From Octopus sinensis (Eukaryota): 64,000 nucleotides of DNA. Below the pieces are notes generated by a model. The model was not told the DNA's origin. It saw nothing but the letters and a program-made list of their open reading frames with translations, and searched no databases. The stretch's first letter is position 1, and each line of letters starts with the position of its first letter. The stretch lies in assembly GCF_006345805.1 (NCBI RefSeq), contig NC_043004.1, positions 99,758,001-99,822,000 on the forward strand, written 5' to 3'. Positions 25,860-38,995 of this stretch are shown in pieces. The translations under genes were made by a program, and so were the position numbers.

Positions 25860-26842
25860 GGCAGCTCCTTGGCAGCACTCCTAATTTGATAGCCTTAAAT
25901 ACATGCCACATGAAGTCGCACGACTCTATCGGAAAGTATCATCAGATGAAAAGATGAGCATATATGAATAAAATGCATGTGTATGTTATTTGAAAGCTCC
26001 GAGATGATAGAAACATCGATAATCAAAACAGTCTATCATGGACCAATAACCACATTAATACCTCCCACTCTGAAGGATATGCGTTTGCAATCTAGAAACA
26101 GGAAATATCAACCAAATACCTGATGCAAAAAAGGGATAGAGATGCAAGAAAAACAGTAAAATGTAACAGTTGATGCAGACTTCGTGAATTTAACACAGAA
26201 GATATCGCCTACATCATAATCAGTTATCTGAAAATGTCATCACGGTATAATCTACTGATGAGACCTGATGTTGTAGCTAGGTCACTCTATAATGAAACTC
26301 CGAGGACAAAGAAATAAGAACCCACAGTATGGTAGAAACTTCAGCCACTCATAATAAAAAGGAGTAGTGGTGGAATGTCCGAGTGAAGACATCAATAATG
26401 TGTAAGAACAACAGACCTGATATAATGATTTGGGATTGAGAAGAGAAACTATGTACATTTGTGGAAATCAGCTGTCCAGCGGATGTTAACATAGAGCTGA
26501 AGGTCAGTGAAAAAAAAGAACATCTATGCTGAACTATTAATAATTCTACAGTTACTCTAACCAGATTACAAGTTCAAGTTTATACCTGTAATTATTGGGT
26601 CCCTGGGATATGTAACACAGCTCCTAAAAACCAATCATGACAAATTAGGCTTCTCAAAACCAGAAAGGTGAAAGCTGATTCGAAGGCTACAAATCTAATT
26701 ATCATTGGAACTGTAAAAATCTGTAACAATTTCCAGAAGTTTATCATTTAAATATATATGAGCATGTCTAGATATGGAAGTAAATGCATAAGATATACAT
26801 AAAACAAAACATAGAAATTTGCACATGTACATACATACATAC
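25860..26842 (+). mobile_element. R4/Dong-like non-LTR retrotransposon 3' fragment (zinc knuckle and restriction-like endonuclease), decayed
   Basis: SHSEGYAFAI*KQEISTKYLM, CRL..NTEDIAYII (degenerate knuckle), NNRPDIMIWD*EEKLCTFVEISCPADVNIELK (PD..(D/E)xK-type), FIPVIIGSLGYV; ends in (TACA)n. Confidence 0.85.
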
Positions 26843-27029
26843 AAAAGTACCCTGTTGTTGATGTTGAAATTCCAATGAAGGTGCCTAGGCCATCATTCAA
26901 ACACTTCAGAATTGGTTTCATGTGTGAGCAGCACGGGTGTGATTTTCCCGGCGGGAAATAGACCAATGCTTTCTGGCACAAATGTTTCATACAAGTTGTG
27001 TATGGTGTAACCCAAGCCAATTATTTGTA

Positions 27030-27590
27030 CTTTGCTTCTCTTATGACTTTTCAGTCCCGCTCTGCTGAAGCACAATCACCCACACACATCGCATACCTGC
27101 TCACTCTCACCACCAACATTTCCTCGAAGTACCATGTCAACACCATTTTTATGATCTCTTTTAAACATCTGATTTTTTACGAGCAATTTCGAAGTTGTTA
27201 CTTCCGTCATATATTACTTTTTGCCATCCGTCCCAATGAGTCACAGTTTCTTCCCACTACTTTTGCGAGATGCAAGCCGACTTCAAAGATATGTTTCTGA
27301 AGCTCAACTTAAGGTTATGAGGTGGACGTATCTCATTCTTCAGCTCACCTTACTGGTATTGTTTCGGAGTCCTACAGTCTAACATTCTCACTAAGTGTCC
27401 TACCCACTGGAGTCAGGGCTGCAAAATATTTGAATCAATAGTTCGACAGTGACTTCTTTCAAGAATCTCTACATCACTCGTGTACATTTTCCAACGCATG
27501 CCAAAGATACAACTTTGACATTGCAGGTAGAAGCACTCCAACTCTTTCAGATGTTTTTAGTAGATTACCCACATCGCAGAAACACGCACC
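27030..27590 (-). mobile_element. RTE-clade LINE 3' fragment (RT C-terminus and terminal C2H2-like finger), decayed
   Basis: [35 protein letters not shown]...LQWVGHLVRMLDCRTPKQ..GELKNEIRP, then CDVCG*LCFSRAGLKSHKRS; these are typical RTE C-terminal motifs. Confidence 0.85.
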
Positions 27591-27613
27591 ATAATACATG
27601 CATAAATACATAC

Positions 27614-27721
<108 letters not shown>

Positions 27722-28178
27722 ACATACGTACGTACGTACGAACAAACGAACGTACGTATATGTGTATTAAATAACCTTTTAACCCAACGGAAAATAGCTT
27801 GAAATCTGTAAATTTCTTGTGTAATCGTAATTTCCACAATATTCTTTGAAATGGATCTTTGGATAGATACCCCTAAATTAACATCAAAACAACATAGCTA
27901 ACTGAATTGGCCGTTTCAGAATCGATATCACTTGTCAGGTTCTGCATAACTTCCCACCGTTCTGCCAAAATAAATTATGCTTAGCTTACACGTGCGTAAG
28001 ACAATTTGCATATCGGTTCTAGTTTGACAACTCTTAAAAAATTATTTTTTATTGAGCACAGCTTGAAAACAAAATATTCAGTATTATAAAGTATGTTTAT
28101 TCGATTGAAGCAACAGAGAGTTGAATGAAAATTAGGCATGACAATATATAATCGCATATGTGTGTGTTGTGTGTGTGT

Positions 28179-28217
<39 letters not shown>

Positions 28218-28561
28218 TGTGTGTGTGTGTGTGAATATATAGAGCATGCGCATGCGGATGCGAATGTCGGTGTACGTGTGTGGGCGCGTGTTCGTCTGAA
28301 TTCTGAATGTACATATGTGTGGATTTATGAGGTATATATATATATATTCACACATTATTCAGTGGGTAAGGAATTCCGTAACAGTTTTAGGGTTCCCGGC
28401 CCGATCCCTCGGCATATCAACTTCGGAATATGTTTTTGCTGCGCCTTCTAATCTACGCAAAGCCTCTGAAGCACGTTGATTGCGTCGCCTCCTTACTTCA
28501 AATATATAGCGTTGTCATGTTCTATCAAACAGATTCCCATTCAAGATTACCTGAAAGCTAT

Positions 28562-28947
28562 TTGGAAGCACTCCGTCGGTTACGACGACGAGGGTTCCGG
28601 TTGATCCGAATCAACGGAACAGTCTGCTCGTGAAATTATCGTGTAAGTGGCTGAACACTCCACAGACACGTGTACCCTTAACGTAGTTCTCGGGGATATT
28701 CAGCGTGACACAGAGAGTGACGAAGGCGACCCTTTGAAATACAGGTACAACAGAAACAGGAAGTAAGAGTGAGAGAGAGTTGTGGTGAAAGAGTACAGCA
28801 GGGATCACCACCATTCCCTGCCGGAGCCTCGTGCAGCTTTAGGTGTTTTCGCTCAATAAACACTCACAACGCCCGGTCTGGGAATCGAAACCGCGATCCT
28901 ATGACCGCGAGTCCGCTGCCCTAACCACTGGGCCATTGCGCAACCAC
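28562..28947 (-). mobile_element. SINE family C, full length with ~13-bp TSD
   Basis: Reverse complement of the 22803-23189 element; TSD acctgaaag(c/a)tat at 28549-28561 and 28948-28960. Confidence 0.92.
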
Positions 28948-29184
28948 ACCTGAAAGATATACGCGCCAGTGTAATACTCAACCAATTCGTATCTCCATTT
29001 AAGTAACATATCATAACATCTACGGTAAAAGATATCGATAGAATAACGATTTAAATACAAAAGAAATACTGGAAACGATTAATGCGACTGAAACCATTCC
29101 AGGCTGTGCTCCTTTATGGCCACATTCTAATGACTGAAATTGAATCACATAGAAGAAATTTTTGTTTCTCATTTCAGAACAAGT

Positions 29185-29365
29185 TTCATTAACGCTCATT
29201 TTAATGTCCATCACTCCAGGCTTGGACTTGAGGTAAGTTGTCTTGCCTGTTTAAGACAATGACTTTCCCGTGTGCTAAGGTCCGGTACTCTGAGTCTCCA
29301 TCGAGTCTGATCGTAGCCGACTGATGAACAATCATAGCACATAAACTGAGAATGTGCGTTCGAAA
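29185..29365 (-). repeat. Unclassified interspersed repeat, copy 1
   Basis: Reverse complement aligns with 33505-33690 (ctcagtttatg.gctatgattgttca.cagtcg...ggagactcagagtaccggaccttag.acacgggaaagtcattgtc). Confidence 0.85.
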
Positions 29366-29658
29366 ATTAACATATGTGTGTATATATAAACGTACATTTA
29401 TATATGTTGTCGAAAGTTACAACAAGATTCAAAATAACCGAACAGCTCACTTTTTGTCTGTCCAAGAGGTTAGCCAATAAATGTATGTCTTACATTTGGC
29501 ATGTAACACTTTATTATTGATTAAAACTATAGATATATTCTATATTACAGTACAACAATGAAACGAAACAATGTTAACACTCAATTAAATGTAATACTAC
29601 ATGTAGGTGTCAAGAAACGCGTTATAAAATAACATTCTTCAATTCAGTTTAACTAAAA

Positions 29659-30142
29659 TTAGTAGATTTATACTCTGTCCAGCGTCTCCGTGAGCGGTAC
29701 ATCATATGTACGATGTGGAGAATATACTGCCAACTTTGCCCAAACGACCTGAACATTAGGTTCAATGTTCATCCAAGACGGGAACCACGGGACATACGTC
29801 CCCTGCCCAATTCAAGATCACAGCATACATGTACACTGCAACATAATTTCTTTTCCTCAACAGGCCCTGCCCTATTTAACATTGTCCCGAGGGAGATCAA
29901 AGAGGAAAAGGATCCCATCAACTTTAAACGGAGTCTGGATAGATTCCTTCAAGGAATACCAGATAAGCCACCCATAATTGGATACAACTCACCCAACAAA
30001 AACTCACTACTTGAATGGACCATAAACAAAACTTGACTTAAACAGGATTCAAATAATCCTATTAGGTGGTGCTATTAAGTTAGACATGACCTGGACCAAT
30101 CTTTGGTCGAAACATATCTAAGTTTATCTAAGTTTATCTAAA
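29659..30142 (+). mobile_element. CR1/L2-like LINE 3' fragment
   Basis: LYSVQRLRERYIICTMWRIY...TLQHNFFSSTGPALFNIVPREIKEEKDPINFKRSLDRFLQGIPDKP..GY...NSLLEW; 3' tail (tctaagttta)n. Confidence 0.85.
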
Positions 30143-30853
30143 TTCAACCCCGCATAGTTATGAGGATACACAGTTGCTGAATTGGCTTCCGAAAAGGCGA
30201 ACAATTTTCAACGGACTTCTTCCTTTCTATCCTTCTTTCTCTCCCATGAACATTGTGTAGACATATTGGTTATATTCGTTCTGAGACACAGGGTTGTCTA
30301 CTAAATCAATAAATATGTTCTACACTGTATTATCGCAAGGAAAGGAAATATACTTAACACGCCAGTAATTTAATATACGATTTATTGGGCAATAAATATT
30401 TAAATTATGCTAATTGTTTTATGCAGTTTTAATTTAACGTCCAGCAATAATGAGGTTCTCAGCAAAATCATTAGGGACAATTCTGGAGGATGCAAATTCG
30501 TAACCGAGGATTTCATAAACAATAGAAACCAACATATTGTGTACACGGATTTTACATTCCTCTTAACACTCAGTGTAGGTATTTACAACTATAGATACCT
30601 TCAATATAATATCGTAACACAGGACTAAAATACTGAGAACACACATATATATACACACATATACATTTCTATACATATATATACATACATATATATAAGC
30701 ATATATATATGTAAGAATATATACGCATATATGTATATATGTATTTATATATATGTATATATATACATATGTACGCATATATATACTTACATATATATAC
30801 GTATATGTACATATATATGTATATATATATATATATACATGCATATAAGTATG

Positions 30854-30897
<44 letters not shown>

Positions 30898-31122
30898 CGT
30901 GTATATATATATATTATATATGTATATGTATAAACTTATAATGTAGGGTATCTAATACCACCACGCTGAAAATAGCAGTCAAATCTTGACTCTAAAATCA
31001 CATTAAATGTTCATATAGCACAAGGAGAGAAGACAGAGACAATATATTTATAATTTCATATATAAATTTATATATCTATATACATATATACATATATACA
31101 CACACACACACACATATATATG

Positions 31123-31170
<48 letters not shown>

Positions 31171-31172
<2 letters not shown>

Positions 31173-31400
31173 CTGGAGTAAACATATAAATGTGAAACAA
31201 GGTGGAAAAAAGTGTACTCAAATACCAGGGGTAGAATAATATACTTTATTTAAAAGCAGTAGAATTTGAACAAAACCTGTTACTCTGAGTTTCATGTTCC
31301 CGTTCGTCGGACAGTTTTTGTTAACAAAAACTGCCCGACGAACGGGAACGTGAAATTCAGAGTAACAGGTTTTGTTGAATTTTTGCTGCTTTTAAATAAA

Positions 31401-31405
<5 letters not shown>
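31171..31405. mobile_element. Fold-back element with 166-bp near-perfect palindrome (31240-31405), probable PLE terminus with inversion
   Basis: Arms meet at gtt|aac (31320-31325) with few mismatches; flanked by (TA)n; sister copy at 58471-58608. Confidence 0.8.
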
Positions 31406-31452
<47 letters not shown>

Positions 31453-31455
31453 TTA

Positions 31456-31761
31456 AAATGTAGGGACAATCAATTTAGACAGATCAATATATAAAGTTTC
31501 ACTATATTAATATATGAAATACAAAAAATGTATGCAAAAAAATGCATATATATTTTCATACAAAAAGGTCTAACTTTGGATTTGTAAAAATTATTTTTTC
31601 AACGCCTCTAATCCTTTATTTCATCACTATTCTCTGTAAGTCGGTCCTCTTTTTTTATATGTAAACATATATACTATTTCTTTATATATTTCTTGTATTT
31701 CATGTATTAATATAGTAAAACTTTATATATTGATCTGTAAAACTTGCTTATCCCTACATTT
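31456..31761. repeat. Fold-back with ~110-bp inverted arms (31456-31568 and 31646-31761)
   Basis: aaatgtaggga.aa.caa.tt..acagatcaatatataaagttt.actatattaata.atgaaataca present on both strands; ~77-bp spacer. Confidence 0.8.
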
Positions 31762-32009
31762 ATTTCTATACCCGCTGAAGTTCAATTCTCTTGAGTACTA
31801 AGTGTATTCTGTACAGAGAATATCTGATTCTCATCTATGAACTATATATGAATATATATATATATATATATGATCATTTATTTTAATACTTTTTGAGATC
31901 TAGTTATATGTTTTATAAAAATATTTTTTATTTGATATTTATGTTTTGGTTTATGTCTATCATTGTTTGAGTTGCATAATAGTGGTTTTATCTCTAATTT
32001 ATATATATG

Positions 32010-32064
<55 letters not shown>

Positions 32065-32070
<6 letters not shown>

Positions 32071-33050
32071 CAAAAATTGGTCAAGAACGCAAAACATCTA
32101 TTACCATTTTTTTCCTTGGGGCTGGCCATATTGGACCAATTGCAGCGGAAATTGCAAAAATAATCTGAGGATTGAAAACTTCGAATGACCCGTCATTGTT
32201 TTCCTTGTATCATCTGTCTGGATATTTTGTTGTCTCTTATTTGTATCACCTAAGAGTCTGGATGTTTTGCATTTTTGTCCCATTTTTGTATTTTTTATAT
32301 ATGAAATCTAGCGGCGTACGTACACGTTGGTCCCTTATATGTAAGTATATATATAAATAAATTTTGTTCGACTCTATTATTCTTTGTATTCTTTCGTTCT
32401 TTCCTTCTTTCTATCTGCCCTTTGACACTTCGTTCATTCCACTCTTCGTTCTTTCGTTTCCCTTCTCTCACATTTCCTGACCTTCTCTTCATGCACACCT
32501 TCCTTCCCCTTTCACTTCACTGTTTCTTTCAATTTTTTCTCGCCCTCCTTAATTCTTCTATCCCTCTGACTCTAACTCTCTCTCTTCTCTCCCCAGGCCT
32601 GACCTTTCTTTCTTTGTTCCACTACCATCCGTGCAACATGTGTATTGCTCCCTGTTAAAACTTACATCCCTGTCGTATGACTTTACTTCCACACACGCCA
32701 GCTTAATTCAATTCGTCCTTAATCCAAAGATACATGTTGTTATGTCCTGTTAATTGCATTTGTATTTGTGTAACATTTCTCTTATTTTCCTTGTTTTCGT
32801 ATACATTCGCTGCTTTCTTCCAAGAAATCTAATACGCTTAGCTTATTTTTCCTTGGGGCTGGCCAAATAGGAGCAATCTCGAGTATAACCAGCCGAAAAG
32901 GCAAAGGTAATCTGGAATTCGACCGATGATAGAAAATTCTGAATAATGCGTCCTTGTTTACCTTGTCTGGATATTTTGTTGTCCTTTTTTTGTATTACCT
33001 AACTGTCCGGATGTTTTGAGTTCTTGTCCCATTTTTGTATTATATATATA
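32065..33050 (+). mobile_element. PLE-like non-coding 3' end with two copies of the terminal segment (about 32105-32295 and 32845-33045) and an inverted terminal stub
   Basis: Both copies share ttttccttggggctggcc...tgtctggatattttgttgtc...ggatgttttg...ttgtcccatttttgtatt; 32065-32098 matches the reverse complement of 32261-32294 at 30/34; pyrimidine-rich spacer. No ORF, so the class is inferred. Confidence 0.55.
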
Positions 33051-33054
33051 TACA

Positions 33055-33445
33055 CTTTTACTTGTTTCAGTCATCTGACCGCGGCCATGCTGGAGCACCG
33101 CCTTTTAATCGAGACACCCGACCCCAAGACTTATTCTTTTTGTAAGCCCAGTACTTATTCTATTGGTCTCTTTTGCCGAATCGCTAAGTAAAGGAGACAT
33201 AAACACACCAGCATCGGCTGTCAAGCAATGCTAGGGGAACAAACACAGACACACAATCACACACACACGCATATATATATATATACATATATGTGAAGGG
33301 CTTCTTTCAGTTTCCGTCTACCAAATCCACTCACAAGCCCGAGGCTATAGTAGAAGACACTTGCCCAAGGTGCCACGCAGTGGGACTGAACCCGGAACCA
33401 TGTGGCTGGTAAACAAGCTACTTACCACACAGTCACTTCTGCACC
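33055..33445 (-). mobile_element. SINE family A, full length
   Basis: Reverse complement of the 34178-34605 type, with internal microsatellite. Confidence 0.9.
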
Positions 33446-33504
33446 TGTATATATATATACGTTTACATTAATAGATTTAAATATGAATTTTAAACAGCAC
33501 GACT

Positions 33505-33690
33505 GTTGTAAACATTTTCCAGTGCAAATACTCAGTTTATGGGCTATGATTGTTCACCAGTCGACTACGTTCAGATTCGATGGAGACTCAGAGTACCGGA
33601 CCTTAGAACACGGGAAAGTCATTGTCATAAACAGGCAAGACAACTTACCGCAAGTCCCAACAAGGAGTGATGGACATCAATGTTTCGACA
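33505..33690 (+). repeat. Unclassified interspersed repeat, copy 2
   Basis: Aligns to the reverse complement of 29185-29365; followed by a 14-bp perfect hairpin at 33685-33715. Confidence 0.85.
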
Positions 33691-33898
33691 TTTTTGTAGT
33701 TTACAAAAATGTCGACAAGGCGAAGTCAATGGCTCTTGAATGGGGCTCGAGGTAGGTTGCCGCTCCTCTCTTTCACTATGACATTCACGTATTTTAACAC
33801 TCGGTGATTTAATGGTATCATCTCAAATTGGTTAAATCGCAGCCCAGTGCGATCAAGCAATATACCTACATTGAGTATGTGTCTGATGACATATGCAT

Positions 33899-33967
<69 letters not shown>

Positions 33968-33975
33968 ATCTATCT

Positions 33976-34020
<45 letters not shown>

Positions 34021-34029
34021 ATATCTATC

Positions 34030-34085
<56 letters not shown>

Positions 34086-34133
34086 TATGTGTGTGTGTGT
34101 GTGTGTGCGTGCATCTATATATATATATATATA

Positions 34134-34166
<33 letters not shown>

Positions 34167-34177
34167 CATGTATATAT

Positions 34178-34605
34178 AGGCACAGGAGTGTCCGTATGGT
34201 AAGTAGCTTGCTTACCAACCACATAATTCCTGGTTCAGTCCCACTGCGTGGCACCTTCGGCAGGTGCCTTTTGCTATAGCCTGGGGCTGACCAAAACCTT
34301 GTGAGTGGATTTGGTAGACGAAAACTGAAAGAAGCCTGTCGTATATATGTATATGTGTATATATATGTGTGTGTATGTTTGTGTGTGTCTGTTTGCCCCC
34401 CCCCCCACCAACATCGCTTGACAACCGATACTGGTATATTTACCTCACCGTAACCCAACGGTTCGGCAAAAGAGACAGATAGAATAAGTACTAGGCTTAC
34501 AAAGAATAAGTCTCGGGGTCGATTTCCTCAAATAAAGGCTGAGCTCCAGCATGGCCGCAGTCAAATGACTGAAACAAGTAAAAGAGTAAAAGTGTAAAGA
34601 GTAAG
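34178..34605 (+). mobile_element. SINE family A, full length (reference copy)
   Basis: tRNA-like head with B-box GGTTCAGTCCC; CORE-like ccttcggcaggtgcc...; internal TA/TG tract; tail ctccagcatggccgcagtcaaatgactgaaacaagtaaaagagtaaaag. Confidence 0.92.
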
Positions 34606-34861
34606 AATATACATATATGTATATACATAAATATATATACATATGTGTACATATATAAATATATATATGTATATATATATATGTGTATATATATATATAT
34701 GTATATATATGTATGTATGTATGTTATGCATGTGTAAGCAAAACTTTTTCATATAGATTTATATGCAAAACATTTAGTCTCCATCACTTAGTTTACTTCA
34801 AAGATTAATTCTTCAGGAAAGTAAATGTATTCCAAACAGTTAAAAATATTTTGATATTTCT

Positions 34862-34900
<39 letters not shown>

Positions 34901-35127
34901 TACACTCATGCACGCGCGCGCCCACGCACGTATATAATTCTATATAAATATGTTTGTGTACATATACAAGGTGCATATACATGCATTTGCTTCTAAGTAT
35001 GTAAGCATGTATATGTGCATCCGTGCCTGTATGTCTGTATATGTGTGTATGTATATAAACGTACATTTTGAAAATCGTGTATCTATATATGTGTTTATAT
35101 TCACACGCATATATGCATATATATATA

Positions 35128-35188
<61 letters not shown>

Positions 35189-36244
35189 ATATAGATATAT
35201 ATATATATATATACTATATATATATATATTCACACATATATATGTTTGTGTATATTTGTTCTCAACTGCCTATATTCTATGTCATTAGTTCGTAGCGTTC
35301 TACCCATTATAGATGTGTAAGTTAAACATTTCCGCATAACATCAAATAATGGAGCATGAAGCACCACACAACATAACAATGATAACACAACAACAACAAT
35401 AACACAAACAACAACTATTACAACTAAGTACATGTGCAGTAACAACAACAACAACTGATGCAGCAGTAACAGCAGCGACTCAATCAAATCTAAGTTATTC
35501 TCCGTAATATCCTAAATTCTATTTCCTCACGGAAATTCTCGACGCAAAACATAAATAGTTTTGTGGATAGACTAAAATAAATATCGCAAACAAGATAACG
35601 CACGCATACACACCTACACACAAACACACACAATAGAAGTAAAAAAAACACTATAAATACAACAAAAACCTTATCGATGTTTCTAAAAAGTAACGTGTTA
35701 AATAAAATAATATACATGCGTGTGTTTGCGCGTGCGTATGTCTGTGTAAATATGCGTATATTTATGTGCGCATATGTATGTATACGAACCTTGAAAATTT
35801 ATTCTTAAAATTGGTTTAGAAATTTCATTGATTTTCTACATTAGATAATGGAATCCTCTTGTTTGTTTTTTAAATATATATTTCGTTCTTTTGTGCAAAA
35901 AGAGAAAAGAAAAAGAATTCGGTGTGTGTATGGGTTTGGGAATGAAGTTTGTTTTGGGTTGTTGTTATTTTTTTCTGTGTGTTTTATTATCTGTTTTTAA
36001 TTCTTATTTTATTTTCACGGTGGTGGTGGAAGGTTTCGTAGAGTTATATACATGTCGGTATGAAATGTTCTCTGTTGAGTGAGGCATGATTTAAAAAAAA
36101 AAAATTATTTCAATATTATTTTGGTTTGTTGTTTCTATAGAATCGTTCAAAATATGATTAATCAGCATCAACATCATCTCATCTCTCGTCGTCAACGTCG
36201 ACATCGTGTTCCCCCTCTTCACTGTCCTCATCATCATCATCCTC

Positions 36245-36295
<51 letters not shown>

Positions 36296-36874
36296 TTCGT
36301 TATTATCATTATTGTTATCGTCATCCTCATTGTCATTTTCGGTCGTCATCATCCTAATGCATTTCATCATCAAGGTAAGCATCAACACCAAAATCAACAT
36401 CATTATTACCACCATCGTCGATGTCGTCGACATCATCATCATCATCATTGCCCTCATCATCATCATCCACCTCGAAGGTAGGCAGCCAACTCTCCGAAAG
36501 CCATATCCGGCCCAAGAGCAAATATTAGAATACTATGCTAATACCGGCTCCATATCCGGTTCACGAGAAAATATGAGGCCTCTATGCAAATACAGACCTC
36601 ATCGTATATGGGTATTATTGATTTTGAAGAGCTGACGGATATCAATGTGGATTGAACGTAGAATGTAAAGACGACTAAATATTGTTAACCAAGTGGATGG
36701 ACATGCTCTCAGTTCTGTCCACTATTTCGTAGTCAATCTTACACTATATATATACATCAAATTTCATAGCTATTGTGGTGGTACTGCCATTTAATTGATG
36801 CCTGTCCCTAACATTGCATAGCTATACAAATGGTACGCAGGATTTCTTGGTGTTCATTACATATTACTTAAGTA

Positions 36875-37662
36875 GCTGGATAAAGAAAAGAATGCATGAA
36901 GAATTTCATATATGTTGAATATAAGACAGTCATAGAAAATCGGAAACGGAGGCTTTAATCTGTGCTGCCCAAGAGAAAGCATTAAGAAGGAATTACATCA
37001 AATACAAAATAGACAACATATCAGAAGTTATAAGTGCAGAATTTGTGGACAAAATGGTGAAACCGTATGGCATTTAACCAGTCAATGTACGCCACTAGCC
37101 CAGAAGGAATATGAGATGTCATGACAATATAGCAAATATTGTCCATTAGACACTTTGCAACAAGTATGGGATTGACAGAGCAAAACTTGGTACGGGCATA
37201 AACCCGGAGGCATCATCGAAAATGATAATGCAAAGATCCTATGGGATTTTATGATTCGGTGCGATCAGGAGATAGAGAATAGGAAGCCAGACATAGTATT
37301 AATTGAGAAAGAAAGCTAACGATGCTGGATCATAGATATAGCATGCCCAGCTGACAACAAGGTATGTGATAAAGAAGAAAGAAAAGTCGATAGGCATGAC
37401 AGGTTAGCCTGGGAGGTTAAGCGCTTGTGGCCTCTGGAAAATGTGGTAGTAGTACCAATAACTGTCGGAGACCTGAGGGAACAAATAGGGGCTGCAATAA
37501 GAGTGGAGCACTTGCAGAGAACAGCACTGCTTGGAACTGCTGGAATACTCCGGAATGTGCTCGAAAAATAAGAGATGTTACCTTAATTCACTGGTAGTGA
37601 ACAGCTGGCACCGTTGTACATCCCCAGCATTAGAAGTTGTGCAAAGAAGAAGAAGAAGAAGA
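36875..37662 (+). mobile_element. R4/Dong-like LINE 3' fragment, second family
   Basis: ETEALICAAQEKALRRNYIKYKID, KCRICGQNGETVWHLTSQC (CCHC knuckle), KILWDFMIRCDQEIENRKPDIVLIEK..RCWIIDIACPADNKVCDKEERK (RLE), LQRTALLGTAGILRNVL*; (GAA)n tail at 37644-37662. Confidence 0.92.
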
Positions 37663-38694
37663 TTCCAGCTTAATAGTGCCACAGCAATCCGCCCAGTATA
37701 TTTTTATTTCATGACCAATGAATAAATAGATCATTACTATATCTGTGGGGTCTTAACCCCCTCAACACAAAGGGGCATATAATCAAACATAAATATCTTT
37801 CATAAAAGATTGTCAAAACAAGCGAACGTAGAAGGAACGAAAAAATTGCTTCATAAAAATGCTGAATCTGACCACTGTATTCTAAGCACTGTTTGGCATC
37901 TAATTTGTCATTCCATAGAGAACAAGTTAAGTTTAGATAGTTGTGGGACATCTTATTGTTGATGCATGATTCATAGAGTAGATTCGAGGTTAACTCGGTG
38001 GTCGTAAAATGGAAAAGAGTGTGAGGTTGAAGACAGAATGAAAGACGGAGGGGGCAGATAATCAGGGAGAGGTTAATGAAAGTTGAAACTCAAAGGTTTG
38101 TTTAAGTTGTTTTGCTTATTCGCAGATCGATCTTCATTTAAAATGCATATGGTCAAGGGACGCGAATTTTTTCCCCACGAGAGTTCTGGGCCCTAATTAT
38201 GAACTCATTTGTATACAGCCAATCAAAGCGGATAAGTGACTGGCGATAAGATAAGGTCATTTGGGTAAGGATTGACCATGCTTCTTTTCTCTTTTGATAA
38301 TGATAGTGTTCTTGTTCTTGTTTCAACCATGGCTGCCTCTGCGTAGTTATTTGTCTTATCGTTTACTTTATGAAACAGTAAGGGGAGAGGGTTGCTAGCA
38401 CATCACCCGCTACCCACATTTTTGCCATTCACATCTTTACCGTATAGAGCCTTAAGAAAATCCGATAATAGGTGTAGATGTAAATCTATCTAATTACTTG
38501 TCTCCTAAAATCAGGCATAACTTTGCGCTCGGTTGACTTACAACAGCGTTCTTCGTCCTGGGTATACTTGGCAGAGTCTGTTTGTTAACTTGACATGGTC
38601 ATGGCTGTATGCAAATGAGTTCATTAACTGGGGTCCGGAACTCTCGAGGGAAAAAAATTTCGCAGCCGGGATTATTTAGTAGTTCTCCTTTCAG

Positions 38695-38952
38695 TCATTA
38701 GACTGCAGCCATGCTGGAGCACTGCCTTGAACACGTAATCGAATGAATAGGTACCAGTACTTATGATTTTTAAGCCTGACACTTATTCAATGGGTCTCTT
38801 ATGCTGAAGCGCTAAATTGCGGGAACGCGAGCACACTGGCACCGGTTGTCAAGCAGTGGTGCAAGGGTCAAGCGCAGATGCAAAGACACACACACAGACA
38901 AACACACACACACACGCGCGCGCGCACGCACACACACACACACACCCTCACA

Positions 38953-38995
<43 letters not shown>

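Noticed and set aside
36475-36600. Imperfect ccatatccgg direct repeats resembling hAT subterminal motifs
   Set aside because: No matching opposite end or 8-bp TSD found.
38195-38270. CCAAT box plus three GATAAG motifs
   Set aside because: Short motifs are expected by chance; no linked gene or TSS evidence.
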